A DNA stretch of 64,000 bases, from contig JBFMCS010000051.1 in NCBI GenBank assembly GCA_040754315.1, positions 74,840-138,839 of the forward strand. The letters run 5' to 3'. The notes beneath the pieces were generated by a model. It made no database searches, had not been told where the DNA came from, and worked only from the letters and a program-made list of their open reading frames with translations. This stretch comes from Bacillota bacterium (lineage in GTDB: Bacteria; Bacillota; Sulfobacillia; DUSP01; JBFMCS01). Made by a program: the position numbers and the translations under genes. Shown here one piece after another: positions 19,863 to 28,880 of this stretch. Every line of letters starts with the position of its first letter. The first letter of the stretch is position 1.

Positions 19863-20429
19863 CCCGAGGGATGGGTGCCCTCGCTCTGCGGCCTAGTTCC
19901 CTCCCCAAGGGGGAATGATAGAGATGAGCGCGGCGTCTCCTGTATTTACAGCGGACATCTTGGGCCTGGAGTGGGCAGTCTACTTTCTTGCCAGGGCCAG
20001 AAGGAATCGGCCGCGGGCATACAGAAGTTAGATTGCCACCAAAAGGCAATTTTTGGCATACTAATTCAGGGATCCTGATGATTTTAACGCGCCTGGCACA
20101 CTTAACCGTGAGAGCAGTCATAGGGGGTTCCGGTGAACTCGATTAATGTCTGCGTGGCAAGGGGACGGTGACTGCTTGGCTTTATCGAGAGGTGCGGCCC
20201 AGATAGACGTGGGGTTAAGAAACCGAGTGTGCGGTGGCGATGCTCTTGAGAGAGACGGTCTTCACGCCGGGCATCCAATTCCACGAGGAAAAGGGGGGTT
20301 TGGTGGCACTCTTCGGCACAGATCCTGTCTTCAGGGCGCACCCACAGGGCTTTTGGGGCCAGGTTGACAACGCCATATTCTGCGCCATGTATTAGCCCTC
20401 AAAGATGTGGCTAGAGTTGGAGGACGGAG

Positions 20430-21818
20430 GTGATGAACGCATCGCCGCAGGGACACGTGGACGAGGACATCCAACTTCACAGAATCGGAGGGGTATCGAA
20501 CTTGACAAAGACCAGAGTGCTCATCATGGGGGCTGCGGGGAGAGACTTCCACAACTTCAATGTCTTCTTCAGGGATAACCCCGCCTACGAAGTAGTATGC
20601 TTCACTGCTGCGCAGATCCCGGACATCGAAGGGCGACTCTACCCGCCCGCCCTCTCCGGGCGCATGTACCCGGACGGGATCCCCATCTTCGCCGAGGCGG
20701 ACCTGGAGACCTTGATAGATAAGCACGGCATCCAGCAGGTGGTGTTCGCCTACAGCGACGTGTCTCACGAGTTCGTGATGCACCAGGCCTCCAGGGCCCT
20801 TGCCAAGGGACCGGACTACGTCTTGATGGGCCCACGAAGCACGGGCCTGAAGTCATCCAAGAAGGTAGTCGGCATCGGTGCCGTGAGGACGGGGTCCGGC
20901 AAGAGCCAGACCACGCGCAGGGTATGCAAGGTCCTCAAGGATATGGGCAAGGTCCCCGTTGTTGTGCGTCACCCCATGCCCTACGGAGACCTGTCCGTCC
21001 AGGTGTGCCAGCGGTTTGCCACCTACGGAGACCTCGACAAGCACAAGTGCACCATCGAGGAAAGGGAGGAGTACGAGCCCCACATCGATGCGGGTACCGT
21101 GGTGTATGCTGGCGTGGACTACGAGGCCATCCTCAGGCAGGCTGAGGCCGAGGCGGACGTGGTGGTGTGGGACGGAGGCAACAACGACCTGCCCTTCTAC
21201 GTGCCAGACCTCTACCTGGTAGTGGCTGACCCCCATAGGCCGGGACACGAAACCCGGTATCACCCAGGGGAGGCTAACCTCCGCATGGCGGACGTGGTGG
21301 TCATCAACAAGATAGACACAGCGGACTACGCTGGCGTGGCAAGGGTCAGGGAGAGCATAGTTTCACTGAACCCCAGGGCGAGAGTGGTTGACGCAGCCTC
21401 ACCCATGACCGTGGACGACCCCGATGCCATCCGGGGCAAGGCGGTGCTGGTCATCGAGGACGGGCCCACACTGACCCATGGTGAGATGGCCTACGGTGCG
21501 GGGGTCATGGCCGCCAGGAAGTTCGGTGCCGCCAATCTCCTAGACCCCAGGCCCTATGCGGTGGGCAGCATCAAGGCGACCTTCACCAAGTACCCGCATA
21601 TGGGGCCCTTGCTCCCCGCCATGGGATACGGGGACGCGCAGGTGGCCGAGCTAGAAAAAACCATCAACGCCTGCCCCGTTGACCTGGTGGTGGCGGCAAC
21701 ACCCATCGACCTGAGACGCGTGGCGAAGATGCAGAAGCCCGCAGTGCGAGTAAGGTACGAGCTGCAGGAGATCGGGAGGCCCAACCTGGAGGACATACTC
21801 AAGGACCTCTGGCGTTAG
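20430..21818 (+). CDS. Cyclic 2,3-diphosphoglycerate synthetase-like P-loop protein (cDPGS family)
   Basis: About 460 aa. N-terminal RVLIMGAAGRDFHNFNVFFRDN and internal P-loop AVRTGSGKSQTT match cDPGS-like proteins as I recall that family. The true start is probably downstream of 20430. Confidence 0.5.
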   Translation: MMNASPQGHVDEDIQLHRIGGVSNLTKTRVLIMGAAGRDFHNFNVFFRDNPAYEVVCFTAAQIPDIEGRLYPPALSGRMYPDGIPIFAEADLETLIDKHGIQQVVFAYSDVSHEFVMHQASRALAKGPDYVLMGPRSTGLKSSKKVVGIGAVRTGSGKSQTTRRVCKVLKDMGKVPVVVRHPMPYGDLSVQVCQRFATYGDLDKHKCTIEEREEYEPHIDAGTVVYAGVDYEAILRQAEAEADVVVWDGGNNDLPFYVPDLYLVVADPHRPGHETRYHPGEANLRMADVVVINKIDTADYAGVARVRESIVSLNPRARVVDAASPMTVDDPDAIRGKAVLVIEDGPTLTHGEMAYGAGVMAARKFGAANLLDPRPYAVGSIKATFTKYPHMGPLLPAMGYGDAQVAELEKTINACPVDLVVAATPIDLRRVAKMQKPAVRVRYELQEIGRPNLEDILKDLWR

Positions 21819-21941
21819 GATCTGGGGAGCCTTGCGACTGTTGAGCGGGTTCCCCTGGTGCTGGGAAAACCGTTAGGGGGGGATGCCGCGCGCAGGTGTT
21901 TTAACGAGTGTCCAGCGGAGACCACAGTACGGGGGGTATTG

Positions 21942-22958
21942 GTGATGTTGGTTCGCAAGGGTCTGGCAGGCTATGCAGTTGCTGTTCTGCTGTGTGTTGC
22001 CCTGGCGGTGCCCGCGGTGGCCCTGCCGGAGCAGGCGAAGGCTGCCCACAAGGTGCTCCCCCAGTACTTCACCGGGGAGGTCGCGTGGGACCATGTATAC
22101 TACCTGTCGGAGGGAATCGGACCGAGGGTGGCAGGGGGCTCAAACGAAGCCTTAGCGGCAGCGTACGTCAAGAAGGAGTTCGAGGCCCTGGGACTAGAGG
22201 TCCATATCCAGCCATTCTCCTACGTTAGGCAGGGTGTGACTGGCAACTCACAGAACGTGGTGGCAGTCAAGCCTGGGCGTGGGCCTGTAACGTTGATAGT
22301 GGGCGCCCACTACGATTCCGTGGCCAGGGGTAAGGGTGCCGGCGACAACGCCAGTGGTGTAGGGGTCATGCTGGAGGCAGCCTCTCTCCTGAAGGACTTC
22401 CCCACATATGCCACCATCAAGTTCATAGCATGGGGGGCTGAAGAGGTAGGTCTCAGAGGGTCCAGGCACTACGTTGAACAGATGAGCGAGGAAGAGATAG
22501 CGTCGACGGTTGCCTACATCAACATGGACATGGTGGGCATTGGAGACTACTGTTACGTGTATGCAGGCCTCGAGGGCGAGACATGGGTTAGGGATATGGC
22601 GCTGGCCATTGGCACCCGGCAGGGACTGGATATTAGGACCACCCCTGACACCAGCTGGGGCGGCTTCACCGGGGACTGGAGTGACCACGTCGCATTCCGT
22701 CTTGCAGGCATTCCCGTGGCCTACTTCGAATGGTGGAACTGGCACCTGGATCCCTATGACATGTGGGGCATTGAAACTGAGAAGTTTGGGGACATTCTCC
22801 ACACAGACCTGGATACCATTGCCATGGTGAAGTTGGAGAAGCTCAAAATCACGGGCAAGATTGTGACGCCTCTCATCTATGAGCTGGCCAAGACGCCGCT
22901 TGCCAACACCAAGTCCCAGGGTGTTGGTAAGCGGACCGCCAGGTACGGCTCGGTTTGA
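21942..22958 (+). CDS. Secreted M28-family aminopeptidase
   Basis: Signal peptide. M28 zinc-ligand context VGAHYDSVARGKGAGDNASGV ... FIAWGAEEVGLRGS ... NMDMVG. Confidence 0.8.
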   Translation: MMLVRKGLAGYAVAVLLCVALAVPAVALPEQAKAAHKVLPQYFTGEVAWDHVYYLSEGIGPRVAGGSNEALAAAYVKKEFEALGLEVHIQPFSYVRQGVTGNSQNVVAVKPGRGPVTLIVGAHYDSVARGKGAGDNASGVGVMLEAASLLKDFPTYATIKFIAWGAEEVGLRGSRHYVEQMSEEEIASTVAYINMDMVGIGDYCYVYAGLEGETWVRDMALAIGTRQGLDIRTTPDTSWGGFTGDWSDHVAFRLAGIPVAYFEWWNWHLDPYDMWGIETEKFGDILHTDLDTIAMVKLEKLKITGKIVTPLIYELAKTPLANTKSQGVGKRTARYGSV

Positions 22959-23379
22959 GGGGCTAGTGTCATGAGGAGGGCCTGAGAACTGGCAATCGAC
23001 TGGCGACCGCAGGGAGGCCGGTTGGATCCGGCCTCCCCATCCCCTCAGGGCCGCCGCGCCCGGTTTTTCCAACTCCCCTCCAGTGAAGATACGAGGGCTC
23101 AATGGAAAAGACTACTTATCTGAAAGGCCTGTCCTCAGTCTAGCCGGGCTAACCGCCCCACGGGTTAGCATGGCGACCACCGGCACCAAACCCAGCATAG
23201 CCACCAGGGAACCACTATGTATGAGCCTGGACGCCGTGAGACTGCCTCAGGCTCTCACAGCCACGAAGCCCACAGTGTTCCAGCCCGCAAGGGTCGCCCA
23301 CGAATGAATTCGAGGGATTCCGGTTCATGGAAGGACGCCCGCCGAAGCAGGTCTTACTCCTTCTCCCCAAGGGTCGGAT

Positions 23380-23770
23380 GCACCCACCCTGAAAATATTC
23401 CGGGCAGCGTTCAGATCCCGATCATGTTTTGCGCTACATACCGGGCAGGTCCACTCTCTCATAGTGAGAGACAGATCATCCAATACGTGGCCGCAATAGA
23501 AACAGGTCTTAGACGATGAATAGAATCTGGGGATTTCGACTACCGCCGCTCCAGTCTTGGCGCACTGGAGATCTTTGTACCCTAGAGTCTTTTCATCGCC
23601 TTGAGGTTCAGATCCTCGACGCAGATCAGCGAGTACTTTTCAGCCAGTTCTTTCGCCAGGGCGATCCGGTGTGCCCTGGCAAGTTCGATCCTGGCTCTCT
23701 CGCGGTTTTGGGAATCCTTCTCTTTGCGGGACAGAGACCTGTTTAGATTGCGGATCTCTTTATTGCCTCG
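23380..23770 (-). mobile_element. tnpB: IS200/IS605-family TnpB (OrfB) remnant with a premature stop, an internal deletion and no N-terminal domain
   Basis: Minus-strand translation gives EIRNLNRSLSRKEKDSQNRERARIELARAHRIALAKELAEKYSLICVEDLNLKAMKRL* (the TnpB middle region with the RuvC-II EDLN motif). A further ~50 nt on, in another frame, it gives SKTCFYCGHVLDDLSLTMREWTCPVCSAKHDRDLNAARNIF (zinc finger plus RuvC-III). Confidence 0.6.
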
Positions 23771-23771
23771 C

Positions 23772-24070
23772 CTGGCCCTTTATACCAGGCATTGAAGTAG
23801 TGATGCTCACCGGGGACAGCCACGTGGCAGCCAAGGTACCGGAGCAGATGGGGATCCAGCGTTTCCTTACGGGGGGCTCTCCCCCACGAGTAAGCCGGGA
23901 TGGTACAGGTCCTCATAGAGGAAGGGAAGGTCGTGGTCATGGTAGGCGACGGCGGGAACGACACCCCCCCTGGCGGCGGGTGTGGGGGTCTTTGGGGGCG
24001 GCCACCGGTGTGTCCGCAAGAAAGGGACATCCTCCAGGGCCTGTCCAGGGTACCTATCACAAGATGGCAG
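23772..24070 (+). pseudogene. P-type (heavy-metal) ATPase internal fragment with a frameshift and an in-frame stop
   Basis: GIEVVMLTGDSHVAAKVPEQMGIQRFL matches the HAD-domain segment VMLTGD ... GI. In the next frame, ALPHE*AGMVQVLIEEGKVVVMVGDGGNDTP matches the VLPHEK ... MVGDGINDAP hinge. There is no sequence for the A-domain, the TM helices or the C-terminus. Confidence 0.6.
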
Positions 24071-24417
24071 AAAACCTTGTATGGACTACAGGCTCCAATG
24101 TCGTACCGCTGGCCTAGGGGCCCCGGCCCTGGGGTTTCACGCTCCCAACGCCGGTAGCGGACTTGGCAATACCGACGAGCCCCATTGCTGTGGCCCCGAA
24201 CTCCCAGCTCCTTCGGGGGGTCGCAGCGCCGGTATCTTGGCTCTCCTTCGTGCGAGGCTCCGTGTCAACCCACCTAAGAATGTTACCCAAGAGAGATCTT
24301 GTGAAACCTTTGAGCATGTGATAGTTTAAATAATGAGGTCAAGCCTCTTCTGGCCGGGCATATGCAGCGGTACTACCGCGGGACTTCCACAGCGAAGCCC
24401 GCTTTTCTTGTGGGGGG

Positions 24418-25296
24418 ATGGCCGTGCTCCGGGAAGAACGTCTCAGACAAGGCCAGACTGGTGCCTTGGTGGGGATAATGGGAAATCTGCTCCTAGGTGC
24501 CGCCAAGGTGGCGGCGGGATCCCTGGCATCCTCCCACGCCATGCTGGCCGACGGGCTCCACTCCCTGGCGGATTTCGCAAGCTCCATAGCCCTCCTGGTG
24601 GTGGTCCGGGTGGCCAACCGGCCCTCTGACACCTGTCACCCCTACGGGCACGGCAAGGCCGAGCCCGTTGGCGCCAAGATCATAGGGATTATAGTGGTCC
24701 TGGCAGGGTTCCAGATCGGGCTTTCGGCAATAGGGCAGCTCAGGGCGGGGAACTACGCTGCCCCGGGGGTCCTGGCCCTGTGGATGGCGTTGATATCCAT
24801 CGTGGTGAAGGAGACTATGTTCCGCTACAAGTTTCGCCTGGCCACGAGGGCGAACTCCAAGGCCATCCTAGCCAGCGCCTGGGAACACCGCTCGGATGCC
24901 GTTTCCTCCGTGGCGGTCCTGGCCGGGGTGGGACTTGCACGCCTTGGGATGCCCTACCTGGATCCTGTGGCCGGCCTTTTGGTCTCCGGCTTCATAGTCA
25001 AGATGGGCTGGGACATAACCCGCAGCGCTGTGGATGACCTCATGGACAAGGTGACCGACCTGCCCCTCCTGGACCGTGTGTGCCGGGCAGCCTCCGAGAC
25101 CGCCGGCGTCATCAGGGTGGATGCCGCCAGGATCCGCCCAATGGGCCCTGATTTCCTGGTTGACCTGGCAATTTGCGTGGACCCACAGATCACTGTCAAG
25201 GAAGGCCATGACGTTGCCTCAAGCGTGAAGTCAGCGGTCATGATCGCAATCCCCGAGGTGGCCGGTGTCATGGTGCATGTGAACCCCTGCCGGTAG
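24418..25296 (+). CDS. Cation diffusion facilitator (CDF) family divalent-metal efflux transporter
   Basis: TM1-2 signature HAMLADGLHSLADF. HPYGHGKAEP. Six TM segments followed by a cytoplasmic C-terminal domain. Confidence 0.85.
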   Translation: MAVLREERLRQGQTGALVGIMGNLLLGAAKVAAGSLASSHAMLADGLHSLADFASSIALLVVVRVANRPSDTCHPYGHGKAEPVGAKIIGIIVVLAGFQIGLSAIGQLRAGNYAAPGVLALWMALISIVVKETMFRYKFRLATRANSKAILASAWEHRSDAVSSVAVLAGVGLARLGMPYLDPVAGLLVSGFIVKMGWDITRSAVDDLMDKVTDLPLLDRVCRAASETAGVIRVDAARIRPMGPDFLVDLAICVDPQITVKEGHDVASSVKSAVMIAIPEVAGVMVHVNPCR

Positions 25297-25416
25297 CCTC
25301 ACCCAGGCCAGGCAAGATTTTTCCAGCATCCAAATCCCCCCGCAAGTCCTCTTATCTCCCTTCCGCCGGGACATACTACACTTTGCCAGAAACACAAGGC
25401 ACGGGAGGGACAACCT

Positions 25417-26769
25417 ATGATGCGACAGTACCAGGCCCTCATACGCCATGAGGGCAATGACGCGCTATTCAGGGCCATTGACATGTCCGTGGTCTCCACG
25501 CTGGAGAACGTTCCCCTTCACATCCATGTCGAGGGGCTCAGGGGCACGGGGAAGACCACCATCATGCGGGCGGCCCGCTCAGTGCTTCCCCCCATTACCC
25601 GGGTTAAGGGCTGCCTCTACAACTGCGACTCAGAGAGACCCCACTGCCCTGACCATCGTGGTCTTGACCGTAAGACCCTGAAGGAATTGGGCACTGAGGC
25701 ATGCCCCATGCCCTTCCTGGAGATCTCGGCCTCAGTGAAGATGGGTACTGCCGTGGGAAGCCTGGACCTGGCTCGCATCACCAACAGGTCGCAACCGGAC
25801 GCGGCGCTCCTGCCGGGCACCATACCCCAGGCGCACCGTGGCATACTCTTCATCGATGAGATCAACCGCCTGGCGGAGACAGCGCCCGAGATTGCCGACG
25901 TACTCCTGGGGGTCATGGGGACAAAGCCCGGCATCATCAAGGTGGAGGAGACAGGCCTGCCCCCGGTGACCATGCCTATAACCGTCTCGGTCTGGGCGGC
26001 GTCCAATCCGGATGAAGACCCCGGCCCGCTAGAGGATATCAGGAAGCAGCTCTCCGACAGGTTCGACCTAGGGGTGGGCACACAGCGCCCCTCGGACGCC
26101 GGCTGCGTCCTAGACATCCTCCGTGACTGCCAGGCAGCAGCCCCTGGCGAGCACTCCAGGAAGGCCCAGGAGTTCCTGGCGGCCCTGGCCTTTCTCGACG
26201 AGGTTCACCTCCCGTGGGCAATAAGAAACGTCATAGCCGGGCTCTACGTGGAGTTCCAGCTGGAGAGCCTCAGGGCGGTAGAGGCACTCCAGGCCTGTTC
26301 CCGCCTGACGGCAGCGCTGGAGAGGAGCCGGGAGGTGAGGCTGGACCACCTGGCGGCGGTGGTGCCCCTGGTCTTGAAGCACCGGGTGGACCTATCTGCC
26401 ATGGAGAAGATAGTGGAGCGCCTCCTGGAGTCCAAGGACGATAACCAAGACGTGGCTGGGGCCAAACCTGGGCCCCAAGGCGCCCGGGCCAAGAGCCAGG
26501 ACAAGGAGGCCAAGCCTGCGGGATCCCTCCACCGCATGGTGACGGACCTGAGGAACAAGCTCTTCCCGGGCAGCAACGGGGAAGGCCAGGGCCAGCCCGG
26601 GGCGGGGAACAGGCGCTCCTCACCGGGCAACGATCACCCAGGGATGTCCGGCATGGGTTCTTCCTCGGCCTCGGTGCCCCTGACGTGCCCGCCGCTTCTT
26701 GCGTGCCCCCTGGCCAAGCTGCGCTCTGACGAGGTCCTCAGGGGAGAAGAGGAGCTAATGTCACGGTGA
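25417..26769 (+). CDS. ChlI/BchI-family AAA+ ATPase (Mg-chelatase-I-like) with a Cys-rich insertion and a low-complexity Pro/Gly-rich tail
   Basis: Walker A GLRGTGKTT. Walker B/sensor region GILFIDEINRL. A ChlI-like arginine-finger region DRFDL. Insertion CLYNCDSERPHCPDH ... C. The C-terminal ~120 aa are low-complexity. Confidence 0.7.
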   Translation: MMRQYQALIRHEGNDALFRAIDMSVVSTLENVPLHIHVEGLRGTGKTTIMRAARSVLPPITRVKGCLYNCDSERPHCPDHRGLDRKTLKELGTEACPMPFLEISASVKMGTAVGSLDLARITNRSQPDAALLPGTIPQAHRGILFIDEINRLAETAPEIADVLLGVMGTKPGIIKVEETGLPPVTMPITVSVWAASNPDEDPGPLEDIRKQLSDRFDLGVGTQRPSDAGCVLDILRDCQAAAPGEHSRKAQEFLAALAFLDEVHLPWAIRNVIAGLYVEFQLESLRAVEALQACSRLTAALERSREVRLDHLAAVVPLVLKHRVDLSAMEKIVERLLESKDDNQDVAGAKPGPQGARAKSQDKEAKPAGSLHRMVTDLRNKLFPGSNGEGQGQPGAGNRRSSPGNDHPGMSGMGSSSASVPLTCPPLLACPLAKLRSDEVLRGEEELMSR

Positions 26770-28424
26770 GGCAGCTCATAGGATTGGCGGCGGGGCTCAG
26801 GGAGCGTCTCCACAGGGGCGCCGTGCGAATAGGGGAGGCGTGTTGCGCCAGTTACTTCGTCCACTGCATAGACCCCTCCGTGCCCGAGGAGGTAAGGGTG
26901 CTCCCCCGGTGTGACGCTGGGGGGACCTTCTACGGGCGGGCGAATCCTGGCGAGATAATCCACCTGGATATATTTCACGACGTGGGCCTGGTAGTTCCCC
27001 AGCCCCTGGCCCGGGCATGCCGCGAGGCCATTGCTCGCTACCGCGGCGACACCGGGGGTGAGGTCTCAGCAGACCTGATAGACATCCAAACAGGTGGCGG
27101 AGGGGGGCGCATTACCGGGCATCTCCACGGGGGGAGGCTGGAGAGCCTGAAGAGGGCCCACATGAACCACGTGCACCTGGCCTGCGGCATCGGCCAGGAG
27201 AGCCTGGGTGTCCTTTTCTACCTGGTATCAGCGGTAGAAGACGAGGTGTCCAGGCAGGGCCTCCACATACGCAAGGTGGAACGCGTCAGGCGAGATATCC
27301 AGGCACAACCCACGCCCGAGGAGCTCTCCCACTACAGGGCCACCTCCGACTCCAACCTCAGGCAAGGAAATAACACGCCTTCCCCTCGCCAAGTCCAGGA
27401 TATCCACAACCTCAGGCTGGCCCTGGAGCTGGCCGAGGAGGTAGACGGTGCCTCCAACTTGCAGCATGCCCTGGAGTCCTTCGGGCCAGGTGGGCAGGCT
27501 GAGACGGGCTCAGCCCCGGTGCCCAGGGATGTGATAGAAACCCTCAGGGTACGCAGGCTCCTGGAGAGGGACGGCCTCACGTACCGCCTCACGGAGGAGG
27601 GCATAGCCCTGAGGAACTTCCTGCGAACTCACCGGAAGGAGATGGAGATGCACCTCCGCCGCATAGTGAGGCGCCTGCCCAGGGGCGCCGTGCCCAGGGC
27701 TTGCCAGCAGGGGAAGCCCTGCAAGGGCCAGGGGAGGCGGGGTCCGGGACCCAGGGCAGCAAAGGCTGTGGACGGTGAGTGGGCAGAAGAACTGGCAGTG
27801 GCTGAGACGGTGATTTCCTCAGCGGGCCGGTGCGCGGAGAGGAGTATCATCATACTGCCAGAGGACCTGTGGGTGGTCCACTATAAGAGCCGGAGATACT
27901 CTGACATATGCCTCCTTTTGGACGCCAGCGCCAGCATGGCGGGGCGCCGCATTAGGACCGGCAAGTACCTGGCCAGGCACCTTCTGCTCAAAAGCAAGGG
28001 GCGGATGGCGGTGATAACCTTCCAGGAGAGTCGCGTGGACATCAGGGTTCCCCTCACAAGGAGCTTCGATGAGGCCGAAAGGGGGCTGGGGGCCATCGTG
28101 CCCCAGGGCCTCACCCCCATGGCCCAGGGCATACTGGCGGCGGTGAAGTACATGAAGGAGGCCAGGGCGAGAAACCCCCTCATACTCATGATCACTGACG
28201 GGATACCCACGGTTGCCCTGAGGACCGCCAATCCCGTGGCCGACGCCCTGGCGTCAGCGGAGGAGATCCCGGAGGCCCGGGTGGACTTCGCCTGTGTCGG
28301 GCTGGAACCCAACAGGGGATTCCTGGACGAGCTGGCGAGGCGAGCTGAGGGTGCCCTCTACGTCCTGGAGGAGCTGGAAAAGGAAGATCTCGCACGAATC
28401 CTACAAAAAGAGTCCTCGAAGTAG
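26766..28424 (+). CDS. VWA-domain protein (ChlD-like C-terminus) with a large N-terminal domain of unknown function
   Basis: The C-terminal 190 aa are a von Willebrand A domain with a MIDAS motif (LLLDASASMAG ... ITDG). The N-terminal 350 aa resemble no AAA domain. There is a winged-helix-like stretch (LTYRLTEEGIALRNFL). Its start overlaps the upstream ATPase stop. Confidence 0.65.
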   Translation: MRQLIGLAAGLRERLHRGAVRIGEACCASYFVHCIDPSVPEEVRVLPRCDAGGTFYGRANPGEIIHLDIFHDVGLVVPQPLARACREAIARYRGDTGGEVSADLIDIQTGGGGGRITGHLHGGRLESLKRAHMNHVHLACGIGQESLGVLFYLVSAVEDEVSRQGLHIRKVERVRRDIQAQPTPEELSHYRATSDSNLRQGNNTPSPRQVQDIHNLRLALELAEEVDGASNLQHALESFGPGGQAETGSAPVPRDVIETLRVRRLLERDGLTYRLTEEGIALRNFLRTHRKEMEMHLRRIVRRLPRGAVPRACQQGKPCKGQGRRGPGPRAAKAVDGEWAEELAVAETVISSAGRCAERSIIILPEDLWVVHYKSRRYSDICLLLDASASMAGRRIRTGKYLARHLLLKSKGRMAVITFQESRVDIRVPLTRSFDEAERGLGAIVPQGLTPMAQGILAAVKYMKEARARNPLILMITDGIPTVALRTANPVADALASAEEIPEARVDFACVGLEPNRGFLDELARRAEGALYVLEELEKEDLARILQKESSK

Positions 28425-28523
28425 GTCTCCAGTCCACGCGGCCTGTAGAGGAATCTCGCTGAGTACTATAGAAGTAGCCAAATAGCGGGATTCCAGACTC
28501 GTGTGGATTGGGAGTGAGCCCAT

Positions 28524-28880
28524 ATGTACAGGCTGATCCTGGTGCTGCTCTTTGCCTTGATTGTAGCGATGTTCGCCATACAGAACGCCCTGGTGGTGGA
28601 TGTGAACTTTCTGTTCTGGACCCTTCACGGGATCTCGCTTGCCCTGGTGATACTGGGCGCCACCGCGGCCGGAGCCACTATCGTGGGGATCCTCTACGTC
28701 TTCAGGCAGGTCCAGTTCATGAGGACCCGCAAAGACCTTCTTTCCCAGGTGAAGAAGATGGAGGGTGACCTGAAGGAGAAGTGCCTGGAGGAGAACAGGC
28801 TGAGGGAGCAGGTGGACGTCCTGCGAAAGGCCTTGGAGGCTCAGGCGGCTGGCGGTCCTGAGCCCGTTCAACAGGCCTGA
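28524..28880 (+). CDS. Small membrane protein (LapA/DUF1049-like) with a C-terminal coiled coil
   Basis: Two TM helices, then RTRKDLLSQVKKMEGDLKEK ... charged coiled-coil. Confidence 0.5.
   Translation: MYRLILVLLFALIVAMFAIQNALVVDVNFLFWTLHGISLALVILGATAAGATIVGILYVFRQVQFMRTRKDLLSQVKKMEGDLKEKCLEENRLREQVDVLRKALEAQAAGGPEPVQQA

Noticed and set aside
22248-23102. Long minus-strand ORF of 284 aa, and other long antisense ORFs: 6413-7150, 15225-16427, 29467-30561, 37139-38554, 52338-53549, 61197-62774
   Set aside because: All lie antisense to strongly recognisable genes (M28 peptidase, secD, recJ, hyuB, AOR, nuoF). Their products are low-complexity and Arg/Pro/Gly-rich, which is typical of spurious open frames in high-GC DNA.
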